A stretch of 57,601 nucleotides of DNA from Prorocentrum cordatum (taxonomy: Eukaryota), in assembly GCA_963575745.1 (NCBI GenBank), contig CAUYUJ010000013.1, forward strand, positions 62,001 through 119,601, read 5' to 3'. The translations under genes were made by a program, and so were the position numbers. The notes below the pieces were generated by a model. The model had not been told where the DNA came from, did not search any database, and saw only the letters and a list, made by a program, of their open reading frames with translations. Every line of letters begins with the position of its first letter. Position 1 is the first letter of the stretch. Positions 26,010 through 38,059 of the stretch are shown here, in pieces.

Positions 26010-27241
26010 GGAGGCGGCGGTGGACGCTGCCCTCCCGGAGCCTGCCGCGCCCCAGCCGATCCGCCCGCATGCCCAGAGAAATCGATCGCGCCCTGCCCGC
26101 GCCGGCCCCCCCCGTCTGTTCCCCGCGCGCGCCCTTCATGGCCCGCGACGCCTGGCGCTCCGCAGCCGGGCGGTTGGCGCCGCAGCCGCACATCCGGCAC
26201 TTCTTCTTCTGTCCCTGCTGCTGCTATGGAAGCCCATGGCGATGATCTGGTTTACTCTTATCATTTTCATGACCTTCGCCTGTCACTCTGTCCTCGCCCT
26301 TTCCAACTTCTTCTCCTCCGCCGCCGCCCCTGGGCGACAGCGTCAACGGGCAATCCTGGTCGGCGCGGCCCTTTCTTGCAATGGCCGCGCGCGGGAGCCC
26401 CAGCCCGGTCGCCGACGGCTACGAAGTCCATGGGCTGGGCTCTTGAAATTCGCCTGCCGAGCCCACTCAATCTCGTCGACCTCGCTCCGGAAGTCGGCGC
26501 GCGCCTCGCAGCTCTCGCCGCGCAAAATCTGATGCTCCTGCACGAAGCCCTGATCCACGCGGTTATAATGACGGCGCCGATGCTCACATTGTCGGCCACA
26601 CTCGTGCCCCGGCCCTCCACGCGCTCGGCCGCGGCGCGGTCGAAGCGCTCGATGGCGACCGCCAGGGCACCTCCTTTGGAATCTGCATGGAGGGACTGGA
26701 TCATCTCGAGAACCTTCGCCTGCTTCGTCTGCGGCTCATACCGCGCGCGCCGCGGCCGCCCTGCCTCAACGCCCCGGCCTTCGCCCGCCCCCTCGACGAG
26801 CATCGACGAGCACAAGGGCCTCCTTTCGCACGTCGCCACCAGGCTGCCGCGCAGCATCGCCGCTGGGCTGCGACTCGCGACGTCGCTCAGGGCTGCCGTC
26901 GTCGCGTCGCCCTCATTCTCCGCCGCAGCGCGGCACATCCACGCGCTGATCTGACCTCCCTACAAGGCGCCCGCGTCGCTCTGGAACTGCACGCCTCACG
27001 CGCGCCGCGCTTCCTCGTTGCCCGAGAATCTGCCCAGCGCCCACGTCGAGACAAACGCGAACTGCGCGCCCGACTCGGTGGCGCCCCCCTGCTTCTCATC
27101 CCAAGCCTCGGCCGCGGCCTTCAAGCTCTCCTGGGCCTCGGCGGCCCGGGTCGTCAAAGCCGCGACATCCGCGTTCTCCGCGGCGTCGATCGCGCCCAGC
27201 TCCCTCGCCTTCTCTATCAGCTCCATGATGCCCTCACTCAT
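26010..27241 (-). pseudogene. gag copy 2 with zinc-knuckle region
   Basis: MSEGIMELIEK..; GRFSGNEEA; GVEAGRPRRARYEPQTKQ; AQPMDF; homologous to 27250-28330. Confidence 0.8.
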
Positions 27242-27249
27242 GGTATGGA

Positions 27250-28330
27250 CACGCGCCTCGGCAGCGGCGGCGGACGCTGCCCGCCCGGGTCCCGCCGCGC
27301 CCGGGCCGAGCCACCCGCGCGCCTGGAGAAGTGCACGCCCTGCCCGCCCAGGACCCGCCCTCTTTTCGTCTGCCCCTTGCGCGCCTTCTTGTCTGGCCTG
27401 CGACCCCTGGCGCTCCGCGGCCAGGTGGTTGGTGCAGCCGCGCTTCCAGCGCTTCTTCTTCTTCCTCCAACCCTGCTGCTGCTGCGGCCCGCCCAGCCCC
27501 TTCCCCTCCGCCGCTTCTCTGGGCGACAGCTTGATTGTCAGTGGGGCCCTTCTGCCTTTTGCTGCCGCGCGCGCGCGCCCCGGCCAGGCTGTCGGCGGCC
27601 GAGAAACCCGTCGGCTGGGCGCCCATGATGTTCGCCTCCCGAGCCCGCGCAATCTTGTCGACCTTGACCCAAAAGTCGGCGCGCATATCGCAGCTCTCGC
27701 TGTGCAACAGCAAATGCTCCTGCGGGAAGCCCTGATCCATACCCTGCATGATGGCGCCGACGTTCACATCGTCGGCCACTGTCGTGCCCTGGTCCTCCTC
27801 GTATTTGGCCACGGCACGGCTTTAGCGCTCGATGGCGCCCATCAGGTCGCCCCCTTTGAATCTCATTTGAGAAACTGGATCATCTTGAGCAACTTCGCTT
27901 GCTTCGTCGGCGGCTCATATCGCGCGAGCAAACGCGGCCACGCCTCAACGCCCTCGCCTTTGCCCGCCTCCTCGACGAGCACCAGGGCCTCGCCCTCGCA
28001 CGTCGCAGCCAGGCTGCCGCGCAGCATCGCCGCCAGGCTGCGACATGCTGTGACTCGCGATGTTGTTCAGGGCTGCCGTCGTCACGTCGTCCATCTTCTG
28101 CGCCGCAGCGCGGCCCATCCACGAGCTGATCTGACCGCCTTGCATGGCGCCCACGTAGCTCTTGAACTTCACGCCCCACGTGCGCCACGCTTCCTTGCCC
28201 GAGAAACTGCCCGGCGTCCACTTCGAAACTAATGCGAACTGTGCGCCCGACTCAGTGGCGCCTCCCTGATTCCTCTCCTGGGCCTCGGCAGCGGCCTTCA
28301 AGCTTTCCGGGCCCGCGCGCAGCCGAATCC
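27250..28330 (-). pseudogene. gag copy 1 with zinc-knuckle region
   Basis: PGSFSGKEAWRTWGVKFKSYVGAM; GVEAWPRLLARYEPPTKQ; KYEEDQGTTVADDV; QEHLLLHS. Confidence 0.85.
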
Positions 28331-28374
28331 ACTGTGGACGCAGCAAATGAGCTCCTCGCCCGTCGCCACCGCGC

Positions 28375-28516
28375 TTACTTCTTCGTGCCAGTACAGCTTC
28401 GGAACGATAGCTTGCACCACTGGATTTCCTAAACATTCCTGTTGTAATACAGTTGGAGAAATGAGTAGGGTCGCTCACTGGACAATACAAGCTCGAGGAC
28501 GCACAGAATCTACGCA
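28375..28516 (-). repeat. 5' LTR-like copy (~142 bp), begins TG on the minus strand
   Basis: Direct repeat of 20182-20326, preceded on the minus strand by the purine tract GGCGGGGGGGAG. Confidence 0.8.
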
Positions 28517-29230
28517 CTCCCCCCCGCCAGACAGCTCTCCCTGGGAGAAGCTGGCCCTTTACGGACTATTGCCTCTCATGCGCTTCGAGCTCGCTTGCAC
28601 CGCGGCTTGCTCCAGGATGCCCCTGAACTGCCAAAACACTCTCCAAACCGGCCCACCTTCCTCGCGAGACGCGGCATCAAAACGCACCCTCGCGCAATGC
28701 ATCTGTCGGAGTGCTCCGGGCCGTCTCGATGGGAGCCAACGGGCGAAGCCCATGTTCAGCGCGAAGAGGCCCGCGATGGGAAAGCCGGCGGGCACGCACC
28801 AGCCACCCCGCTCGCGACGAACATGCAGGAGAAGAGCAGGGATAAGTACAAGTCGTTGATCTCCATACATACGCTTACCAAAACCTGCACCGCCCTGAAC
28901 CACCAAGATGCGGACACCAATGATTTAATTTAGTCTTCAATCGCCGATCCGGTCCAAGAGGTTGCCGAACGCGCCCGAAAACAGCCCAAGACTGCCCCAA
29001 GACGGCCCGAGACGGCCCCAAGAAGGCCCCAAGAGGCTCCCGAGAAGGGTAACACCAACCGACAATTCGATCCTTCCGCCCCGAGAGACCCCCACGAAAT
29101 CCCCAGACGGCGCCCAAAGAGGCCCCAAGAGGCCCCCAAGAGGCCCAAGAGAGCCCCATCCTCACTCCCGAGACATCCCCAAGAAGGTAAACTCAATGAT
29201 GCTCCTTGAGTTTGGTATGTTTTTCGACGT

Positions 29231-29279
<49 letters not shown>

Positions 29280-29329
29280 CCCCTTCAGTGTCGGTACCCC
29301 GCCGCAACTTACGATCCAGAAGCCTGGAA

Positions 29330-30000
29330 TTTCCAGCAGCCGCACGGACGGAGGCTGGTACTTTTTTCGGAAGGTGGCTATCTCCCTACCTCCGCGCAAA
29401 GTCGTCTTAAAAAAAATGCGCTAGCTACACGGATGGAGGCTGGCACGTGTTCCATGGAGGCCTAGAAATGAGCACCAACACCAACACAGGGGGTTGCCTC
29501 CACATGGGGAAGACGATCCTAGATGTCGGTGTTGGTGGCAATATTTCGGTCACTTTGGAAGCCAGAATATTACCACCATCGCCGAGATCGGGATCGTCTT
29601 TCCTCGGTAGCTGCACACCGCCGATTTTGGTGTAGGTGTCAATATATGGGCCTCCATGTGGCTCTCGCTTCAGTGGCGCGCGCTCTAGACATTCTAACAG
29701 CCACACGGACGGAAAGCGGCTCCTTTTCGACATGAGGCTTCCGCTTGCGACTTCCTCAAAGATATGGCCACACACTTGCACTTGTCGAACATCTACACGG
29801 ATGGATGGTGGTACTTCTTATCACATTGGTATCTCGCCTGAAACGTATTTAGAGTCTACAACCGGACATGAAAGTTGCGCAACAGCTACACGGATGGAGG
29901 CGAGCTCCTTTTCAAAGCGTGGCTGTCAATGGGCATTGGCTTGAACTGTAAAACCCACCTTGACACATTCCTTATGACTCGAAAAATGGACGGCGGTTTC
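29330..30000. repeat. Degenerate ~90-bp repeat (CTACACGGATGGAGGC), probably an inverted relative of the 87-bp satellite
   Basis: cacggatggagg-like motif near 29343, 29426, 29703, 29795 and 29888 is the reverse complement of cctccatccgtg. Confidence 0.6.
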
Positions 30001-30164
30001 TGGAAAAACGGAACTCCCGCCAGACCTGCGGACCCAAGGGGCGCTCGTCTTTCAAGGGGGTGCTTCGTGCAGTGAAAAGAATGCTTGCAGGGACTAGCGC
30101 GGAGATTTGGGACCAGAGAGGATGTGTTGCAGCATCGTTGACACATCTTGGGCTTACCCCCTGG

Positions 30165-30352
30165 TCCTCCTCATCCTACTCCTCCTCTCCCTGCTCCATC
30201 CTCCTCCTCCTCCTCCTCCTCCTCCTCCTCCTCCTCCTCCTCCTCCTCCTCCTCCTCCTCCTCCTCCTCATCCTCTTGTCCTCCTCCTCCTCCTCCTCCT
30301 CCTCCTCCTCCTCCTCCCCCGCGCGCGGGTTGAGGTCGACAACACCCTCAAC

Positions 30353-30386
<34 letters not shown>

Positions 30387-30402
30387 CCGACGCCGACGAC
30401 GC

Positions 30403-30447
<45 letters not shown>

Positions 30448-30590
30448 TGGCGGCGGCAGCGGAGGCGACAGCAAGGCGAAGACAAGGGAAGGCAAGGCGG
30501 CGGCGACGACGACGACGATGACGACGATGACGACGACCACGACGACGACGACCAGAACCACCACCACCACCACCACCACCACCCCGGCGC
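30165..30590. repeat. Composite (CCT)n-(CGA)n-(CCA)n repeat, homologous to 18200-18410
   Basis: Shared gtcgacaac and aaggcaaggcggcggc..gacgacgatgacgac junctions. Confidence 0.8.
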
Positions 30591-30849
30591 GGCGCGGTCG
30601 CGGCGGCGGGCGCACAGGAGGTTGCCATTGTACGGGCACTCGTCCACCGTCTCCGAGATCTGGCTCTCGACGGTCAGGGCGCCGTCCTGCCCAATGATGT
30701 TGTCCTCCCCGGGCCGCCCCGCGGCGGCCCCGCGACGGAACGACGTCGCCGCCGCCCGCGCCGACGTCGCCGTCGCCTGCGTCAGATAGGGAACGACGTG
30801 TGAGCCTCGGCCCCTGCGAGGATCCGAAGTTCCCCAGAGAGCCCACATG

Positions 30850-31145
30850 ACAGGGGGGGGGCGTCCTAGGAGGGGCGTCCTAGGACGCTCCCCCCCTGTT
30901 CCCCGACTTAAGGGGGGCGTCCTGGGACCCCAGCTCCCCGACTTAAGGGGGGCGTCCCAGGAGGGGGGGGGTGCGCAGCATGGCCAGAGGCACGCGCGCG
31001 CACGACGGGGGGCCAGGTGACGCATGGAAGAAAGAGGAGGGGGCCACGAAGTCTGGGGAGGTGTCCCCCTTCCTACTCATCACCCCCTTCCTACTCATCA
31101 CCCCCTCCCTACTCATCACCCCCTCCCTACTCATCACCCCCTCCC
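30850..31145. repeat. 50-bp hairpin, 2x CCCCGACTTAAGGGGGGCGTCC and 4x 19-bp tandem (CCCTACTCATCACCCCCT-like)
   Basis: acaggggggg..cgtcctagga / tcctaggacg..ccccccctgt and the tandem units are directly visible. Confidence 0.8.
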
Positions 31146-32789
31146 CCTCCCTGCACCCCCTCCCTCCTCATCCCCCTCCCTGCTCATCCCCCCCTAGTTG
31201 GACACCCCCGAGTCGGATTTCTGACACGCCGGCTGGGGATCAGAACTCGAAGGACGTCTGCAGCCAAGTGCGGCCCAGCTGGGGCGTCCAGTACCCTCGC
31301 GTCGACTGCACCCGAGCGGTAGGGATCGCACTTGCTCGCAGATCAAAACCGCCGTCGTCGTCGTCCTCGCCGTCGTGGCCAGACCCGGACAGCAACAGCA
31401 AGAAAAACTCCTTTACTAAAATGTGTGATGCCTCGACATGCAGCGTGCGAACATCGCAATAGCCCCGCGTGGGTGCGGTGGGGTGGGGAGCGGTGAGTAG
31501 GCGAGGGGGGGGGGCGGAGGAGGAGGAGGAGGATGGAGGGAGGGGTTCGGGCGAAGTGCTCCAGCCACAAGCCCCCGGGTGGCCTCAGGGGGGGGGGGGG
31601 GACGAAGAGGAGGAGGACAGACGCCAGCCGAGAGGGCCGCGAGCACCTGCGAAGCCGCTCACTGCGCACCCCCACACCAGGCCTGGTGCCGCTGGTCGGC
31701 CGAGCAGCACGGCGTCTCTCGTCGCGAAGGCCTCACACCCTTGGCTCCCGTGGGAAGTGGCGGCACCAGCCTGCCAGCGCTCACGAAGGACCAGATCCAA
31801 GAGGAGAAGGAGGAGGAGGAGGAGGAGGAGGAGGAAGAGGAGGAGGAGAGAGAGGAAGAGGAGTACCTCCGCACGATTAGTTCACCAAGCCGCCACACTC
31901 ACTGTCTACGACAGCAGCAGCAAGTGGATTACCTTTCCCGATTTACGCCAGGCGCCAAAACTACTCCAGCTCCACAATCTTTCTTCTGCGGGGAGACACT
32001 GCACTCCCTACTCAAAAGCCTGCACCCGGCGCTGGCTACGCCACCGAGATGAGCAGACACCTGGCCAGGTCTCTCTTCTCAAATCGCATTAAGTTTTTTT
32101 TGTCCGAGCGAGTTTTCTTAATTCCCTGAAACAGTCACACACAGTCGGGCTCATGGAAGTTTGTTTTTGTTTTCCCGGGCGCGGATTTTTCGAGGAAGGT
32201 CGCGCACAGTCAAGCACACGTGGGTATTACAATGTTTTGCTAATGCTTTTGGCGTTGAACTGCTAGTTTCGAGCGCCCCCCGCAAACCCCGCAGAAAGGG
32301 GCATAAGGCATGCATCAATGAACGTTGGCTTCTATTGCTGCGTACCGCGGTTGAGAAATGGTGGCTCCATTCACTTGCGGCGCTTTGATAAAGAGCCAAT
32401 GCCAGATTTCAGAAGGCACGGGCACGCCAACGCTAATGAGGAACGCGAGCGTGGCAAGCGAAAGGGCCGACGTGGCAACGGCGGTTAGAGCAACACCGCA
32501 GCGAGGCCGAATCTCGAGACGATTGCGACCGACAGACTTACTTTGCGGCATCGTTCCGTCGCGCCAGGGCCCCAACACTCACCTTCAGCGGATGGTGCCA
32601 GCGCCCCCAGTGTTATTTTCAACGATCCACGCAAACTTATTTCCAACCCACTTTCCACCTATTCCTGACTTTCCTTCGTGTGGGCGAGCATCGACATATG
32701 TACATGTACGCCCTCCACGGTCTTGCCTGCACGAACGTCCGCACCGACACGCACTCCAGGGGAAACTAACCGCGTACGTCTACACATGT

Positions 32790-33310
32790 TGCTGACCGCT
32801 GATCGTGGGAGCCCCTTAGCAGGGGATCCGCCATCATAACCCGAGGAGGCCTCCGAGGATCATGGGGACGTAAGACCTGGGTACAGGGGACTCGGAAATC
32901 CCCGACGAGGTCGTCAAAAAAATGACGAGGCCGAGCCTGCATTTTGACGAGGCCTCCCGCTGCAGACATCCCGCGAAACTCCTCCTCGTCAAAATCCGAG
33001 GCGCGGTCGTCAAAAAACAATGGCGAACCCGAGTCCTGGCAAACCCGGGTCTTACGCTCCCCCGAATGTTGCTGGCCGCTGATCGTGGGAGCCCCTTAGC
33101 AGGGGCTCCGCCATCACAACCCGAGGAGGCCTCCGAGGAGGCCCCGCTCCGAGGAGGTCCCCCGGGGAGGCCGGGGAGGCCCCGAAGGCCACAGGTTCGT
33201 GGGAGCCCCTTAGCAGGGGCTCCGCCATCATAACCCGAGGAGGCCTCCGAGGAGGCCCCGCTCCGAGGAGGTCCCCCGGGGAGGCCGGGGAGGCCCCGAA
33301 GGCCCCAGGG
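32790..33310. repeat. Direct repeats (CGTGGGAGCCCCTTAGCAGGGG.TCCGCCATCA.AACCCGAGGAGGCCTCCGAGGA x3) with TCGTCAAAA/TTTTGACGA inverted motifs
   Basis: Copies near 32803, 33083 and 33198. Confidence 0.85.
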
Positions 33311-35363
33311 AGGCCCCCGCCCCGCCGGGCGCCCCCATCGGCAGCGCGCGGCACCCGGCGGGGGCGCGCGCCGGAGCGCGGCGGGTCCAGGCTCATGTCC
33401 GACAGGCACGAGAACGTGCGCCTGGCGCGACGGGCGGCCGACGATGGAGGAGAAGGGTCGAGGATGGCCGAGGGAGAGGAGGAGGAGGAGGAGGAGGAGG
33501 AGTTGGAGGAGGAGGAGGAGGAGGAGGAGAGTTGGAGAGGAGGAGAGGAGTTGGAGGAGGAGGAGGAGGAGGAGGAGGAGGAGGAGGAGGAGGAAAAGGA
33601 GGAGGAGGAGGAGGAAGAGGAGGGCGGGGAGGAGGAGGATCCCGGAATCGATCGGAGAAGGGAGCATGCTCCTTCGCAGCCTGCGGCCGTGTATCACACA
33701 AACTTGAAAAGAGCCCAGAACCCAACACAATAAAAGACGACTGTGCTGAGTTGCTTCCTGTGGAATCAAACACTGGGAACCGAAAGCGGGGGCAACATGA
33801 TGCCCCACATACAGGGCACCAGGAAGCCAACCAAGATTCACCAAACCTGGGTCAAGGGAGCCTTCCTTCGGGGCCGGCATGTCAAAGGCCTCGCGTGCAC
33901 GTTCTCGGCGGCCCCATTCGACCACCTCCCGCGAATCAGGTTCAGGGACTTCTAAACCGTAGAAAATTTCAAAATGCCTGACCCCGAGACAAAATCGGAA
34001 ATGTTCAACTTATCAACCCACCCCACTGAACTCGGACCTCCAAGGCCGGCGCGCACAACTGCCCGAACTTAGGAGTTGTGGACTTTGAAAAAATTAGGAT
34101 CGGAGGAAGGAGAGGAGAGGAGGATGAGGAGAAATATAACGGAGGAGGAGGAAGAGGATAACGGAGAAGGAGAAGGGAAGATTGTGGATAATGACTATAA
34201 CCGGAACTCGCGCCCCCTCGCGGGCGCGCGCGAAGGGCGAAGGAGGAGGAGGAGGAGGAGGAGGAGGAGGAGGGGGAGGAGGGACAGTGTTTGCTTCCCC
34301 ACCGCAGAGACGCCCTTCGTCCTACAGCCACGGCTCCGCGGCGGCGAGCCGCCCGCGGGCGGGCACACACCCGACCGCGAGGGCGGAGGAAGAGGCCGCC
34401 GCGGGACGCCGCGGGGACGGCAGGCGGGGCGGCAGGGCGCCCTGAGGCAGCGGGCGGTGCATCCCCGGCGCCGGGCCGCCGACGGCCCAGCGCCAGGCGA
34501 AGAGCCCACCCAACGCAATCAGAGAAACTATGGCTTCAGTTTGTGTCGGGGTTTCGGTTTTCTGCTATGCCTGGCGGCCCATAGGGGCCAGACGGATCGC
34601 GAGGAGGCGGAGGAGGAGGAGGAGGAGGACCGCACCACGAGCAGCGGCGGCACCGGCACCACGGGGCAGCCGCATGGGGGGGGGGAGGCGGGGGCCCCCG
34701 GAGAGAGAGCCAGAAGCACTCTTATAGAGGAAAGAAGCCAGAAACGCTCTTAGAGGAAAGAGAACGGTGCACATGCACCGCTTCTTGCCAGGCCCATCCT
34801 GAGCCCAGGATCGGTGCATGTGCCCTCCTGCCGTGGCCAGGAAGGTATATGCACCGATCCTGGGTCAAGGATGGGCCTTGCCAGGATCGGTGCATGTGCA
34901 TAGTTCTCTTCGCCCGACATTCTGGGTGGAGACATGACGGTCTCAAGAGATCTCGAAAGGATCCAGAGTGGACGGAAGCCCCAGGATAGCTAAAACGGTC
35001 TCTGCCGTTCCCCTCGAGATGGGAACAAGCGGCACCACCACCACCAGCGAGAGGAGCCAGGGGGAGTCTCCCCAAAGGGCCACAGACGCTTTCAAGCTAC
35101 GGGTCCGACCTCAATTCTCAAGGTCATAACCTCGCGCGTCGCGCCCCGCGAAGCGCGACGCGCGTTCATCTTCGGCCTGTCCACCTGGAGAGGAAGGGCA
35201 GCCACCCTGGTCCAGGCCGCGGCGCGCGAAGCGCGGCCACCTCTGCGCCCCCAGTGGGGACCTGGACTCTGGACATGCTTGCTCTTCCCTCCAGGAGCGG
35301 AGGCTGCGACCCCCAGCGCGAGAGCCTTCGACCATCTGGGCGGGAGGCGGCGGAGGTAGAGTT

Positions 35364-36308
35364 AGGTCGGGCCTGTCCCCCTACAGGGGGATCTTGGGCG
35401 GAAAATGAAAAAATATCCCAGTGCGACCCTACCTAGGAGTTGGAGCCTCTAGGAAAGCAATAGTGGATGCTGTGCTGCGCTATGCTATGCTATGCTCTGC
35501 TATGCTCTGCTATGCTCTGCTATGCTCTGCTATGCTATGCTATGCTATGCTATGCTATGATATGCTGCGCAATGCTATGCTGGGCTATGCTATGCTGCGC
35601 TATGCTATGATATGCTATGATATGCTGCGCTATGCATACTGCGCTATGATATGCTATGTTATGATATGATATGCTGCGCTATGCTATGATATGATATGCT
35701 GCGCTATGCTATGCTATGCTATGCTATGCTGCGCTGTGCTATGCTAAGCTAAGCTATGATATGCTATGCTATGAGATGCTATGCGATGCTGCGCTATGCA
35801 ATGCTATGATATGTTATGATATGATATGTTATGCTATGCTATGCTGCGCTATGCTATGCTGCGCTGTGCTATGCTATGGTATGATAGTATATGCTATGTT
35901 ATGCTAATGCTGCGCTGCGCTAAGCTGAGCTAAGCTGAGCTAAGCTGAGCTAAGCTAAGTTAAGCTAGGCTAAGTTAAGCTAAGCTAAGCTAAGCAAAGC
36001 TAGGTTAGGCTAGGTTAAGCTAAGCTAAGCTAAGCTAGGCTAAGCTAAGATGAGATAAGCAACGCTAAGCTAAGGGGACGTAACTGGGGGAACCGCGGGG
36101 CGGATCCTGCCTGGGGGAACCGCCCGGGGCGAGCCCCACTGCCCAGCCCCTTTAAGCTCAGAGAGAAAAATCCCTTCTAGGCAGAGCCTAGGTAGGGAAA
36201 TGCTCAAAAAATGCCGAAAAGATGCCCCAAAATACTAACAAAAATTGTCCCCAAACTAATGTTTGACTGTTTTTGCATACCCCTCGTGTAGAGGGACAGG
36301 CCCGACTG
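35364..36308. mobile_element. MITE-like element with a nested IR-bounded insertion (35427-36197)
   Basis: Outer IR 19/20 nt GTCGGGCCTGTCCC.CTACA (35366-35385 / 36287-36306); inner perfect IR CCCTACCTAGG (35427-35437 / 36187-36197). Confidence 0.65.
35470..36075. repeat. (CTATG)n grading into (CTAAG)n pentanucleotide satellite
   Basis: Directly visible. Confidence 0.95.
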
Positions 36309-38059
36309 AAAGGCAGAGGATGGCAACATGGCACGAACAAAGACTGCCGGAGCTCCGCGCGGGGCCCCCGCCCCCGTGGCGCGCAGAGCGCGCCGGAGCG
36401 GCGCCAGAGGCGCCGCCAGGGCCCAGCGCCGATCCCAGAAATCCGCGCGGAGCTCCGCCAGCCTGTGCCTGTGCGTTGTGCTCCTCTCCGAGGATCGGGG
36501 ACGGACAGACCGCCCTTTAGTAAAAAACGTGGTTTCGTGAAAACGACCTCGGGCCCAAACCTGGCGGGCGCCATCCTGGAACATGACGGCCGCGGCGCCC
36601 TCTGGAGAAGCGGAAACGGACAATTCACTAATCGACGTGTCAGGGTAGGAGGTCTGTCCACCCCCGAGAGGAGGGAAGAGGGGGTCCAGCGCCGATCCAA
36701 GCAATCCGCGCGGAGCTCCGGAAGTGCACGTGTGTGCAGTTTGCCTCCTTCGAGGATGGCAGGAGGGGGGGAGGGCCACCGCCGATCCAAGAAATCCGCG
36801 CGGACCTCCGACAGTTTGTGCGGCTTGTGCGTTGTGTCCTCCCCTGGGGGCGAAGGGTTGTGGGGGGGGAGTTGAGTGGGGGGCTCTTCGAGGGAAGAGG
36901 GGGGGTCGGGGATCTTCAGACCCGGGTCAATCCAGACCCGGGTCAGCAGGAAACCAACAAACTGCAATGTCGCGGTCACAAGCGGCTCGCTAACCCGGGT
37001 CAGCCAGAGGGGCTCTTCGCAGGATCCTGCAAGATCTGGCGCTCTGGCTGGCCCCCGTTTGCCTTGACCCCCGTCTCAAGGCTCCCGAGGGGGGGGGGGG
37101 GGGCGGAAGTCCCGGGGCGGGGAAGTCCGCCCCGCTCGGCGGGGGCCTCCCGGGGCAGGGAGCGGGGCGGGGCGCGTGTGGAGGAGCAGCGGGGGGGGGG
37201 GGCGAGCAGCGGGGGGAGGAGCGGCACGAGCGACCGAACCGCCCTCGGACCCCGCCGTCTGGTCTGCTGGCAAAACCTGCGCAGCTCCGGACTGCTTGCC
37301 CCGGGAGCTGGCGGGGAGCAGCTGCACCACCGATCGCCTCGTGCCGAGGGCCTGCTGCCCGAGGGGCGGCACGGGCGGGGAAGCGGCACGGGCGGGCGCC
37401 CGCTGCTGTGGGGCGGGGCTTCGGGGGCGGACCACGGGGGGGGGGCGGCGGGAGCGGCAGCGGGAACGAAGGACAAGGCAGGATGGTAGGGCAGGGCAGG
37501 GCCGCTGTGGGGCAGGGCCGCTGTGGGGCAGGATGGCTGCCGTGGGGCAGGGCCGAGGGAGTCCAAGCCTGCCCCGGCAGGGTGGAACAGCCAGACGAGC
37601 AGATCACCTCCCTCCTCCTCGGCTCCAAGGCATGGGGAAGGGAGAGGGAAGAGCGGGGGAAAAGGATAGGGGAGCGGCGGCGGAAGCGGGATAGGGAGGG
37701 GATAGGTTGCCATCGCTCGGACGGCCGTTCCCCATACATTGTGCTTTTGGCGCGTGTTTGTTTCTCAAGATGCTCACAGATGCTGCAAGATAGTCTAGAT
37801 GTTCTGGCGCTGGCCTCTCCAAAAAACATATGCACACGTCCGAGCGATGCCAAGAGAGGTAGGAGGGGAATCGGGGAGGGGGAATGGGAAGGGAGACAGA
37901 GCTGGAAAGAGGAGAGTGTGAAAGGGGGAGGGGGCGGAGGGCAAGGGGCAAGGGGCAAGAGGGGAGTTGGAGGAGGGAAACAGGGAGAACGCCCGAGTTC
38001 TTTGGGCCCCTGTGCCGATCTTGGACAAGCTCCGAGCGTGGGCGAATGAGGACAGCAGC

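Larger units (their letters stand above)
20182..28516 (-). mobile_element. Decayed Ty1/copia LTR retrotransposon (gag x2 - PR - IN - MTase-like - RT - RNase H)
   Basis: Direct repeats at both ends; copia domain order on the minus strand; many frameshifts and stops; TSD and PBS not identified. Confidence 0.9.

Noticed and set aside
23647..26954. Plus-strand ORFs of 516 and 678 aa
   Set aside because: Antisense shadows of the GC-rich copia pol/gag
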